In this document: positions 7,042 through 14,278 of the stretch, piece by piece
Numbering within the stretch: the first letter of the stretch is position 1
How the letters are laid out: each line of letters opens with the position of its first letter
Virus record (IMG/VR): IMGVR_UViG_3300036798_000500
Location: 1-28,161 of that record
Reading direction: 5' to 3' (one strand)
DNA length: 28,161 nt
Source: a virus
Lineage: Duplodnaviria; Caudoviricetes
Program-made: the position numbers and the translations under genes
Notes under the pieces: generated by a model
Told to the model about the DNA's origin: nothing
The model's database searches: none
The model's input: the letters and a program-made list of their open reading frames with translations, nothing else

Positions 7042-7070
7042 TTTGTCGCATACGTCGCATCGCAACGCAA
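7042..7070 (-). promoter_or_regulatory. Repeated early promoter (first of the cassette), overlapping a palindrome
   Basis: TTGCGT-N14-TGCGACAAA; inverted repeat TGCGACAA-N5-TTGTCGCA at 7030..7050. Confidence 0.7.
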
Positions 7071-7279
7071 CGCGTGCGTTGATCACGAATTGTAACAAAT
7101 TCCATCTTCCTGTTTTGTTTCGTTTTCGCCGGGGCCACCAGCCACGAAATTTTTTGTAGGTTTTTCGTGCGGGGAAAGTAGCTAGAGGGCTTTGCCCCTA
7201 GCTCCCCACGAAAGAGGCCTCGGGCCTTAGCCCGAGTACCAAATTTTTTTATGAAAAACCACATGGAGAAATTAGCCCT

Positions 7280-8647
7280 TTGGACACAAAGCCAATCTTC
7301 ATCGACCTACCCACCCTTCACCCAGGCCAGGTAGACGCTTACTTCTTGCGTCAGGACCCCCGCCCCGATTTCCAGCGTAACTCCCCCCGTTTCAAGGCCA
7401 TCCGTTGTGGCCGTCGATGGGGCAAGACCGCCCTCGGCGAGACCTGGCTCGGTGACGGCGCGACCCACGGTCTGATCACCGGTTGGTTCGCCCCTAACTA
7501 CAAGTACATCGCCGAGGTCTACGAAGACATCTACGACATCCTCAAACCCATCAAGTTCGCCTCCTCGAAAACCCGCGGCGTCATCAGGACAATCACCGGC
7601 GGCCGTGTCGACTTCTGGACCTTAGAGGACGAGAGAGCCGGCAGGTCCAGAGCTTACCACCGCGTCTTCATCGACGAGGCCGCCTTCACCAACCCCAACA
7701 TGCTGGACATCTGGAAGAAATCTATTAAGCCAACCTTACTAGATTTCCAGGGTGAATGCATTGTGGCCTCCAACACCAACGGCGTAGACCCCGAGAACTT
7801 CCTCTACGCCATCTGCAACGACCCGTCACTGAATTTCATCGAGTACCATGCCCCGTCCCAGTCTAATCCGCATGTCCCCAAGCCCCTTCCCGGTGAGGAT
7901 CACCAGTCATGGCTCACTCGTCAACTCGCCGAGTACGCCGATCTCGAGCGTCGTGAGCACCCTCTTGTCTACAAGCAGGAATATCTCGCGGAGTTCATCG
8001 ACTGGTCAGGTGTCGCCTTCTTCTCCCTTGAAAAACTACTCGTCCGCGGCCACCCAGTCACTATACCTCCACGGACAGATGCAGTATTTGCGGTCCTTGA
8101 TACTGCAACAAAAACAGGAGCGGATCACGACGGCTCGGCTATCACCTGGTTCGCCTACACCAAGATAGGCGGCGTCCCCCTGATCATCGCTGACTGGGAT
8201 ATAGTCCAGGTTGAGGGCGCCTTCCTCGAGCAGTATCTCCCCGCCTGGACCCGAGTCGGCCAGGAGTTGGCCGCAGTCTATTCGGCTCGCAACGGCTTCA
8301 TCGGTATCTACATCGAAGACAAGGACACGGGTCAAATCTTACTCCAAAAGGCCCCTCTCCTCACTCCTCCGGTCTCCACAGAGGCTATACCAGGCACCAT
8401 CACCCAGCTTGGCAAGGACGGCAGAGCCTTAAATGCCTCGGGTCCGGTGTGGCGTGAGGAGGTCAAGCTATCCCAGGCAGCCTACGACCGCCAGGTTCTG
8501 TTTAAGACTTCCACCCGGAACCACTTTGTCTCGCAGGTCACTGGCTTCCGCCTCGGCGATAAAGAGTCTGGCAAGCGGCCTGACGACCTACTGGACACCT
8601 TCACCAACGGCATCGCCCTGGCCCTCGGGAATTACGCCGGGTTCTGA
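7280..8647 (+). CDS. terL: Terminase large subunit
   Basis: Walker A CGRRWGKT, Walker B VFIDEAAF, nuclease acidic motifs VLDTA..DGSA and PDDLLD; GGAG RBS before the TTG start. Confidence 0.93.
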   Translation: MDTKPIFIDLPTLHPGQVDAYFLRQDPRPDFQRNSPRFKAIRCGRRWGKTALGETWLGDGATHGLITGWFAPNYKYIAEVYEDIYDILKPIKFASSKTRGVIRTITGGRVDFWTLEDERAGRSRAYHRVFIDEAAFTNPNMLDIWKKSIKPTLLDFQGECIVASNTNGVDPENFLYAICNDPSLNFIEYHAPSQSNPHVPKPLPGEDHQSWLTRQLAEYADLERREHPLVYKQEYLAEFIDWSGVAFFSLEKLLVRGHPVTIPPRTDAVFAVLDTATKTGADHDGSAITWFAYTKIGGVPLIIADWDIVQVEGAFLEQYLPAWTRVGQELAAVYSARNGFIGIYIEDKDTGQILLQKAPLLTPPVSTEAIPGTITQLGKDGRALNASGPVWREEVKLSQAAYDRQVLFKTSTRNHFVSQVTGFRLGDKESGKRPDDLLDTFTNGIALALGNYAGF

Positions 8648-8734
8648 GGCTCCGCCTTAGAGTCTCCATCACTATCAGGTCCACTCGCTCTTTTCTAGAG
8701 TCCTCTTCGCTTCGCTTCAGAGGCCTTCTCACTC

Positions 8735-10354
8735 ATGTCCATGACCGATGACTCAGGCTCCAATTCATCTGTGGACGTTGGCGGCTCGGCGCGAGGCAAT
8801 GCCTTGCAGCAGATGCTGATCTCTAACGATATAGTGCCAGGCTCCGCCCCAAGCTATCAACTCTGCAAGACTATATTATCATACCATCCCCTCGGTCCGC
8901 GTCTCACAGAAGGACCTATCAAGCTCAGTCAGTCGCAGAAGCGTAAGCTTTCTATTCCTCCGGCGAAGGATGCGGAGGACCGGCTGATTGCTGAGTTCGA
9001 GCGTATTTGGACTGAGCTGGGCTGTGACCGTCACCTCCGTAACTGGGCCAAGCTCTCGCGTACCTACGGCGTCTCCGCCCTCACTCTAGCCTCAGAAGAT
9101 CCACAGGACAACAGTAAGTCCATCGACTTTCCCTCTCTGTATCAAGAAAAAATCGCCTTCTCTGTCTTCGACCCCCTCAACGTCGCTGGCTCCTTAGTCC
9201 TCCAGCAGATACCCACTGACCCAGGTTTTCTTAAGCCTCAGGGTATTACCGTTATGGGTATCCCGTACCACCGCTCACGCACGGTGGTCCTGATGAACGA
9301 GGAGCCCATCTACCTGGAGTACACCACATCGGCTTACGGATATGTAGGGCGGTCGGTGTTTCAGAGACCGCTCTACCCTCTCAAGTCTTACGTCCAGACC
9401 ATGATCGCCGACGACATGGTGGCCTTGAAGGCCGGCGTCTTAGTTATCAAAACGAGGCAACCCGGCAACATCATCAACCGTATTATGCAGACGGCGAACA
9501 GTTTCAAGCGCTCTCTCGTCTCACAGTCAGCTACCAACAACGTCATCTCTATCGCGGCCGGCGAGCCTGAGGAGGAAATCTCCAGCATCAATCTCGAGAA
9601 CGTGAACAAGGCGATGGAGACCTCGCGTAACAACATCCTCGAAAACGTGGCTATCGCTGCTGATATGCCTTCTCAGCTGGTGAAGGTCGAGACTCTGGCC
9701 CACGGCTTCTCCGAGGGCTCGGAGGATGCCAAGAAGGTGGCTGAGTTCATCGAGGATATCCGCGGGTGGATGCAGCCGGGTTACGCCTTCATGGATGATA
9801 TCGTCGCTCATGTGGCGTGGTCCCCGCCTTTCTACGAGACCCTTAAGGACGAGTTCCCCGATCAGTTCCACAGAGTCCCTTACGCTTCAGCTTTTGCCTC
9901 ATGGCGGAATAACTTTATCCGTTCGTGGCCCTCGCTCATCGAGGAGCCTGAGTCTGACCGTGTCAAGGTCGATGAGGTGAAGCTGAAGGCCGCAGTCCTC
10001 ATCGGAGAGCTCCTGTTAGACTACGAGCTCGATCCAGATACCAAGGCTACTCTCGTCGTGTGGTTGGCTGAGTGCTTCAACGAGCGTAAGATCCTGTTCC
10101 CTGCCCCGCTGGAGATCGACGAGAAGACGCTCACGCGCTGGTTCGAGCAGCAACAAGCCGAGATGGACGCGGAGGAGGAGGCTAAGAAGTCCTCCTCCTC
10201 GGCCCCCGGCAAGAAGCCCGCCAACAAGAACAACAAGACTTCTCGGTCGAGGACTTCGCTGAATAACAACCGTCTTAACTCTCGCCGTCTGCCTGATCTA
10301 TCCGCCGAGCGCATGAAGCGTAAGGCTCTCTCACGCAGCGCAGGAGACTCGTAA
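8735..10354 (+). CDS. Portal protein (DUF1073-like)
   Basis: 539 aa directly after terL; SRTYG and HRSR motifs and the IAADMPSQL segment recalled for this portal class. Confidence 0.85.
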   Translation: MSMTDDSGSNSSVDVGGSARGNALQQMLISNDIVPGSAPSYQLCKTILSYHPLGPRLTEGPIKLSQSQKRKLSIPPAKDAEDRLIAEFERIWTELGCDRHLRNWAKLSRTYGVSALTLASEDPQDNSKSIDFPSLYQEKIAFSVFDPLNVAGSLVLQQIPTDPGFLKPQGITVMGIPYHRSRTVVLMNEEPIYLEYTTSAYGYVGRSVFQRPLYPLKSYVQTMIADDMVALKAGVLVIKTRQPGNIINRIMQTANSFKRSLVSQSATNNVISIAAGEPEEEISSINLENVNKAMETSRNNILENVAIAADMPSQLVKVETLAHGFSEGSEDAKKVAEFIEDIRGWMQPGYAFMDDIVAHVAWSPPFYETLKDEFPDQFHRVPYASAFASWRNNFIRSWPSLIEEPESDRVKVDEVKLKAAVLIGELLLDYELDPDTKATLVVWLAECFNERKILFPAPLEIDEKTLTRWFEQQQAEMDAEEEAKKSSSSAPGKKPANKNNKTSRSRTSLNNNRLNSRRLPDLSAERMKRKALSRSAGDS

Positions 10355-10386
10355 CTTCCACGAGGGACTAACACAGGACTTCAGCT

Positions 10387-10551
10387 ATGTCTATGGGTAT
10401 CGTCTTCGCCATTCTCGTCGTGCTTGGATTTGCCTTCCAGTTTGCAGGTACGTGGCCTGTGCCTAACTTCCCCTCCTCCCGACTGGGCTGGGGCTGCTGG
10501 CTGGTAGCGTCTCTTCTGTGGGCGATTACTTCGTCGGGTGGCACTAAGTAG
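10387..10551 (+). CDS. Small two-TM membrane protein (54 aa)
   Basis: MSMGIVFAILVVLGFAFQFAGTWPVPNFPSSRLGWGCWLVASLLWAITSSGGTK; CAGGA RBS. Confidence 0.65.
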   Translation: MSMGIVFAILVVLGFAFQFAGTWPVPNFPSSRLGWGCWLVASLLWAITSSGGTK

Positions 10552-10694
10552 TGCGTCTACTTTTCTTCTTGGCTCTCGGCTTCGGTGTACTTCTCGCTCG
10601 CACCTTCCTTTCTACTCGACATCGTATTTATCCTCCTGATCCTTATCACCCTCTACTTACTAGCAAGGGTGAGCTACCCCGATATCAGAGGTGA
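10551..10694 (+). CDS. Possible small membrane-anchored peptide (47 aa)
   Basis: GTG overlapping the upstream TAG; MRLLFFLALGFGVLLARTF...; fills the gap to the next RBS. Confidence 0.35.
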   Translation: MRLLFFLALGFGVLLARTFLSTRHRIYPPDPYHPLLTSKGELPRYQR

Positions 10695-10698
10695 CTTC

Positions 10699-11064
10699 AT
10701 GCCCAGCCTCAGCAGACCCTCCACTGCGCCACAGGTGGCGTTTCAGACGCCGGCTACCTGGGTGGACGCCCTCGCTCTAGTCGCCACTACTGCGCGTCCT
10801 TACACCGTCCCTCTGGACGCCTCAGGTAAACCAGCAGCTCTGCTCAGGCTGTCGGGAGCGTTGGAGACGGAGGGTGCGACAAGTAATTTGTTCTACAACT
10901 GTTATGGTACGGCTGCCATACCTGCTGCTGACATCTTGAACGGTACGGCCAGCATCCAGGCTGTTCCGCCGTTGTATCTCCTTCCAGTCCCTCAAGGAGT
11001 CACTCAGATTTCCTTCATCGCTTCTGCCGCAGCCGTGCTGATCATCGAGGCGTGGTCGCGGTAG
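10699..11064 (+). CDS. Hypothetical beta-rich protein (121 aa), possibly virion-associated
   Basis: ATG at 10699 after a GAGGTG RBS, preferred over the GTG at 10585. Confidence 0.65.
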   Translation: MPSLSRPSTAPQVAFQTPATWVDALALVATTARPYTVPLDASGKPAALLRLSGALETEGATSNLFYNCYGTAAIPAADILNGTASIQAVPPLYLLPVPQGVTQISFIASAAAVLIIEAWSR

Positions 11065-11144
11065 CTATCGCGCGTACGTACAATGTCTTGGTGCTGTTTC
11101 GGTACCCTTCAGTTATGGTCAGAAAAAATTAACGAACTTAGCAA

Positions 11145-11173
11145 TTGACTTACAGATAACGTCGTGCGATTAT
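11145..11173 (+). promoter_or_regulatory. Early-class promoter driving the moron cluster
   Basis: TTGACT-N14-TGCGATTAT, same geometry as the early-cassette promoters; A-tract upstream. Confidence 0.7.
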
Positions 11174-11248
11174 GATCTTGTTCTTGCGTTGGGGGCAGAA
11201 GAACCTTCCTTCAGCTCGAGAAATTTTCAGCTCAAGAGGGAAAAGATC

Positions 11249-11398
11249 ATGAGCGACGTTCACGACTCCGAGGCTCACAAGGAACCGGAGGAGACCGAGG
11301 TCAAGGAAGAGGCCAAGGTCGAGGATCACGCCGAAGACACCATCGTCCACGAAGACGAGGTCGAGGAGACCGAGGAAGAGGAGATCGAGGAAGAGTAG
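11249..11398 (+). CDS. Extremely acidic 49-aa protein
   Basis: 25 of 49 residues are D/E; GAGGG RBS; strong GAG codon bias. Confidence 0.7.
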   Translation: MSDVHDSEAHKEPEETEVKEEAKVEDHAEDTIVHEDEVEETEEEEIEEE

Positions 11399-11493
11399 CT
11401 CTCCTCGTCTCTCTCACGAAATCCTCGGGTGGGGGCTCGCTCCACAACTTTGCTCGAGGATCAAATCCTTCTGTGGAGCAAGGAAACTACCTC

Positions 11494-11838
11494 ATGAAGC
11501 ACTTCCTCCTGGCGGGCATCGCCGCCATCGCGATGTCGTTCGCCGGTATCGCCGCTGCGGCCACTGCCACCACGGCCACTGCGGCCAGCGGCGCGGCCAG
11601 CGGCACCTTCTCGGCGCAGCTCGGTGCGGGCACCACGTCGGCCGCTTCGGCGTCGACCAACCACACTGTCAGCACCGGCACGGCGCTGAGCTTCCAGCCG
11701 GTGTTCTCGACGTCGACCGCCAACACGACCACGACTGGCGCCGCGGCGAATGCCTCCACCTCGAACAGCCCCACCAGCATCAGCGGCGGGTTCTCGTTCC
11801 AGACTGGCTTCGGTACGGCTTCGGCTCTGGCTCACTGA
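11494..11838 (+). CDS. Secreted Ala/Ser/Thr/Gly-rich protein
   Basis: Sec signal MKHFLLAGIAAIAMSFAGIAAA; mature part has no D/E/K/R; AAGGA RBS. Confidence 0.8.
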   Translation: MKHFLLAGIAAIAMSFAGIAAAATATTATAASGAASGTFSAQLGAGTTSAASASTNHTVSTGTALSFQPVFSTSTANTTTTGAAANASTSNSPTSISGGFSFQTGFGTASALAH

Positions 11839-11881
11839 TCGTGCTGACCTCAGGCTAGGCCCTCTTGCCTGAGGATACACC

Positions 11882-11918
11882 GAGGGGAGAGTAGGGGTTC
11901 AGCTCCTACTCTCTTCTC
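11882..11918 (+). terminator. Long purine/pyrimidine hairpin (terminator or mRNA stabiliser)
   Basis: GAGGGGAGAGTAGGGGT / GCTCCTACTCTCTTCTC. Confidence 0.5.
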
Positions 11919-11952
11919 TCGAACTTTCTCTTTCATCCCAAGGTGGGGCAAC

Positions 11953-12960
11953 ATGAAACGACTCTTGCTAGCGGGTGCAGCACTCGCTTTCATTGTCAGC
12001 GGACCGAGCTTTGCTCAGCAGACCTCGACCTCTGACGCCGCCTCGACCGCCCAGCAGCAGCAGGGCCAGATCGAGACTCAAGGTCAATCAAACACCAACA
12101 GCAACGGCGCCAATACCAACGGACCTCAGACAACGACTGTGGGCCCGCAGACCTCTACCTCCAACGCTGCGTCTAACTCCGCTTCTGGTTCGCTGTCCAA
12201 CGCCAACAATGGAGGTCAGCAGACCACCGTCACAGCGGCGCCTGTTTCCAGTTCGGCGGATAACACCTCGAACTCGAACTCTAACTCAGCTTCTCTCTCC
12301 GCCTCCAAGTCTACTGCTACCGGTGGAGCTGGTGGCTCTTCGACGGCGGCTGGTGGTGCGGGTGGCTCGTCCACTTCGACTTCACAGGGTGGTGCATCTA
12401 CTTCCACCTCTAACGGCGGCGCGTCCAACGCCAACGCCACTAACGGCGCGGCGAACTCCAGCAATGCCCAGAACATCACCTTCAATACGCCGCCCACCCC
12501 GACTCACACGACGGCTGACATTCGTACGGTTGCTCAGGAAGTAGCGCCGGCGCTGACGACCACGCTGACTGAGACCTGTATGGGCTCCACCAGCGGATCG
12601 GGTACGGGTATGGGCTGGGGCTTCTCCATCGGTACGACTTGGCGTGATCCTGAGTGCGTGCGCCGTCTGAACGCCAATGCCGTCGCCTCGATGTTCGGGG
12701 ATCGCGAGGCGGCTCGCTCGATCATGTGCGATAACAAGGAGGTCTATGCGGCGTTCGAGCGCGTAGGTAGGCCTTGCCCCCAGTCGCCTCACTATCAACA
12801 AGGTCAGGAGGAGTTCTACCCGACATCTCCTCCGCCTCCTGCGCCCCCGCCGCCCCCGCCTCCTCCGCCGGCGCCCCCACCTGCTGCGGAGCAGGCTGCA
12901 CCGTCGGGTGCGATGGCTCCAATCCCCAACCCCCCGGAGCCTAAGTACCCACGGAACTAG
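11953..12960 (+). CDS. Secreted protein: S/T/N/G/Q low-complexity region, four-Cys domain and poly-Pro tail
   Basis: Sec signal MKRLLLAGAALAFIVSGPSFA; domain APAL..TCMGS..GFSIGTTWRDPECVR..MC..PCP. Confidence 0.85.
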   Translation: MKRLLLAGAALAFIVSGPSFAQQTSTSDAASTAQQQQGQIETQGQSNTNSNGANTNGPQTTTVGPQTSTSNAASNSASGSLSNANNGGQQTTVTAAPVSSSADNTSNSNSNSASLSASKSTATGGAGGSSTAAGGAGGSSTSTSQGGASTSTSNGGASNANATNGAANSSNAQNITFNTPPTPTHTTADIRTVAQEVAPALTTTLTETCMGSTSGSGTGMGWGFSIGTTWRDPECVRRLNANAVASMFGDREAARSIMCDNKEVYAAFERVGRPCPQSPHYQQGQEEFYPTSPPPPAPPPPPPPPPAPPPAAEQAAPSGAMAPIPNPPEPKYPRN

Positions 12961-12965
12961 CGGGG

Positions 12966-12999
12966 AGTGGGAGGAGGGACTGCACTCTCTCCTCCCACT
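12966..12999 (+). terminator. Hairpin after the secreted-protein gene
   Basis: AGTGGGAGGAG / CTCCTCCCACT followed by a pyrimidine run. Confidence 0.5.
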
Positions 13000-13025
13000 T
13001 ACTCTTTTCTCTCCACGGAGTCACT

Positions 13026-13373
13026 ATGACCGATCCTGTCATTCTCGCTGCCGCCGCCTATCTGCTGATGCCGCAGCTCGCACCGACCATGATCCACACC
13101 TATCCGGCGTTCGACGCCGAACAGGCGCAGGCTGCTTACGCCAGCCTCGATCATCGTCTCTCCTACACCGGCGTGATCAGCCCGAGACCCCACTGCGTGG
13201 GCTTCTGGTGCTACGTCTTCAAAGCCTCCTATCGTCTAGCTGAGGCTACCGACATGGAGAGTGCCAATCCTCACAGTCTCGCTGCGACGCAACCTGCAGC
13301 ACCAGCGCCTGATCTCCGTCGCCATCATCATCATCGTCGCCATCATCACGGACACCATCGTCGGGGGCGATAA
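13026..13373 (+). CDS. Hypothetical protein with hydrophobic N-terminus and His/Arg-rich tail
   Basis: GGAG RBS; ends RRHHHHRRHHHGHHRRGR. Confidence 0.65.
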   Translation: MTDPVILAAAAYLLMPQLAPTMIHTYPAFDAEQAQAAYASLDHRLSYTGVISPRPHCVGFWCYVFKASYRLAEATDMESANPHSLAATQPAAPAPDLRRHHHHRRHHHGHHRRGR

Positions 13374-13443
13374 CGTCTCTTGGCCCCACGAGTATAGGGG
13401 TCTTTGGGAGTAAGTTGGGGGGCCAACTTAACTGGAGCCACCA

Positions 13444-13974
13444 ATGACCGAACCTTTCCTCGCCCTCATCACCCCACTCTCAATGGGGTCACCGACGCAT
13501 CCTATCGCGCCAGGTGGCTCACCTCCTGGTCAGCCTTCCCACCCGATCTACCATCCAGGACACCCGGACCACGGTCTGCCGTCTCAACCCGGCACGCCCG
13601 AGCATCCCATCTACCATCCTGGACATCCTGACCATGGTCTGCCTGTTCCTCCTCAGGTTTGGCCCGGTCCTGGGCGTCCCGATCAAGGTCTACCTCCCAT
13701 CCCTGGTGTATGGCCGAACCCCGACCATCCTACCCACCCGATTGCCCCGGGTGGTCCGCCAGTAAGCGTTTGGCCGCCGCCTGTCGGTCCTGACCAAGGT
13801 CTGCCCGGTGCTCCGCCTGTCGTCGACAACACCCTACCTCCGGCACCGCCTACGGTGTGGCCGCCAGAAGGTGGGCCATCCCATCCGATGGTGCCCGAAG
13901 CCGTCTACATCCTCGGCTACGTTCCAGGCTACGGTGTGGTCTGGGTGAAGCGTCCAGAGGCTCAACCGACTTAA
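13444..13974 (+). CDS. Proline-rich repeat protein (PxHPI / PDxGLP / VWP repeats)
   Basis: GGAG RBS; HPIYHPGHPDHGLP twice, PTHPIAPGG twice, VWP four times. Confidence 0.8.
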   Translation: MTEPFLALITPLSMGSPTHPIAPGGSPPGQPSHPIYHPGHPDHGLPSQPGTPEHPIYHPGHPDHGLPVPPQVWPGPGRPDQGLPPIPGVWPNPDHPTHPIAPGGPPVSVWPPPVGPDQGLPGAPPVVDNTLPPAPPTVWPPEGGPSHPMVPEAVYILGYVPGYGVVWVKRPEAQPT

Positions 13975-14178
13975 CCGCACTGACCCTGCTTGTCATATAC
14001 CCCCTATATGAAGCCCCTAGCAGGGATGCGGTATGAGCGACGGTCAGGGTGGTCTTCACAGCGCCCTGGCCGTTAGCTCTCTTGACTTCTCTGGTGCTGT
14101 CCCCATTGCACTGGTGAGACGCCTCTCGTCCTAACTTGTCCCTCTGTTAGGGCGGGGGGCTGTCCTCGGGGTTGTGCC

Positions 14179-14277
14179 ATGCGATTGAGCCTTCTTGTAG
14201 CTCTCGCAGTTTTCTTCCTCGTTCTAGCGGTTGCGTCGCTGATGCAGTGTCAGCCGCTGGTTCACACAGGACCCTGA
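14179..14277 (+). CDS. Possible 32-aa single-TM peptide
   Basis: MRLSLLVALAVFFLVLAVASLMQCQPLVHTGP; stop 1 nt before the next ATG. Confidence 0.4.
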   Translation: MRLSLLVALAVFFLVLAVASLMQCQPLVHTGP

Positions 14278-14278
14278 C

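Larger units (their letters stand above)
6309..7130. other. AG/GG (= CT/CC) dinucleotide-depleted island
   Basis: Manual count on the plus strand: 6309-7101 has 0 CT and 6 CC; 6660-7130 has 1 AG and 2 GG. Confidence 0.95.

Noticed and set aside
2727-7070. CRISPR array or integron-like cassette array from the recurring TTGTCGCA motif
   Set aside because: Spacing is irregular (about 400-900 bp), whole genes lie between copies, and the fixed -35/-10 geometry identifies them as promoters; no cas or integrase gene is visible.
6660-7100. Z-DNA-forming purine/pyrimidine alternation as the purpose of the island
   Set aside because: CG/TG/CA runs are abundant, but AA/TT tracts and GA/TC steps are retained. 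The alternation is better explained as a by-product of losing AG/GG/CT/CC.
6309-7101. UV pyrimidine-dimer avoidance
   Set aside because: TT and TC, the main photoproduct sites, are plentiful.
6235-7264. Many overlapping ORFs in all frames (6269..6700, 6321..6668, 6652..7095, 6809..7264 and others)
   Set aside because: Stop codons are scarce because of the skewed composition. Only 6410..6646 and 6724..6993 have the cassette RBS and credible products.
1984-7279. Intron, intein or mobile element interrupting the terminase genes
   Set aside because: terS and terL each look complete, and no transposase, homing endonuclease or terminal repeats were seen.
8735-10354. Anti-CBASS Acb1 label sometimes attached to DUF1073 proteins
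   Set aside because: Position and size fit a portal, and no paired HxT/S phosphoesterase motifs were recognised.
10387-10694. Holin/lysis cassette
   Set aside because: Small TM proteins are present but no endolysin or spanin is adjacent, so holin function cannot be supported.
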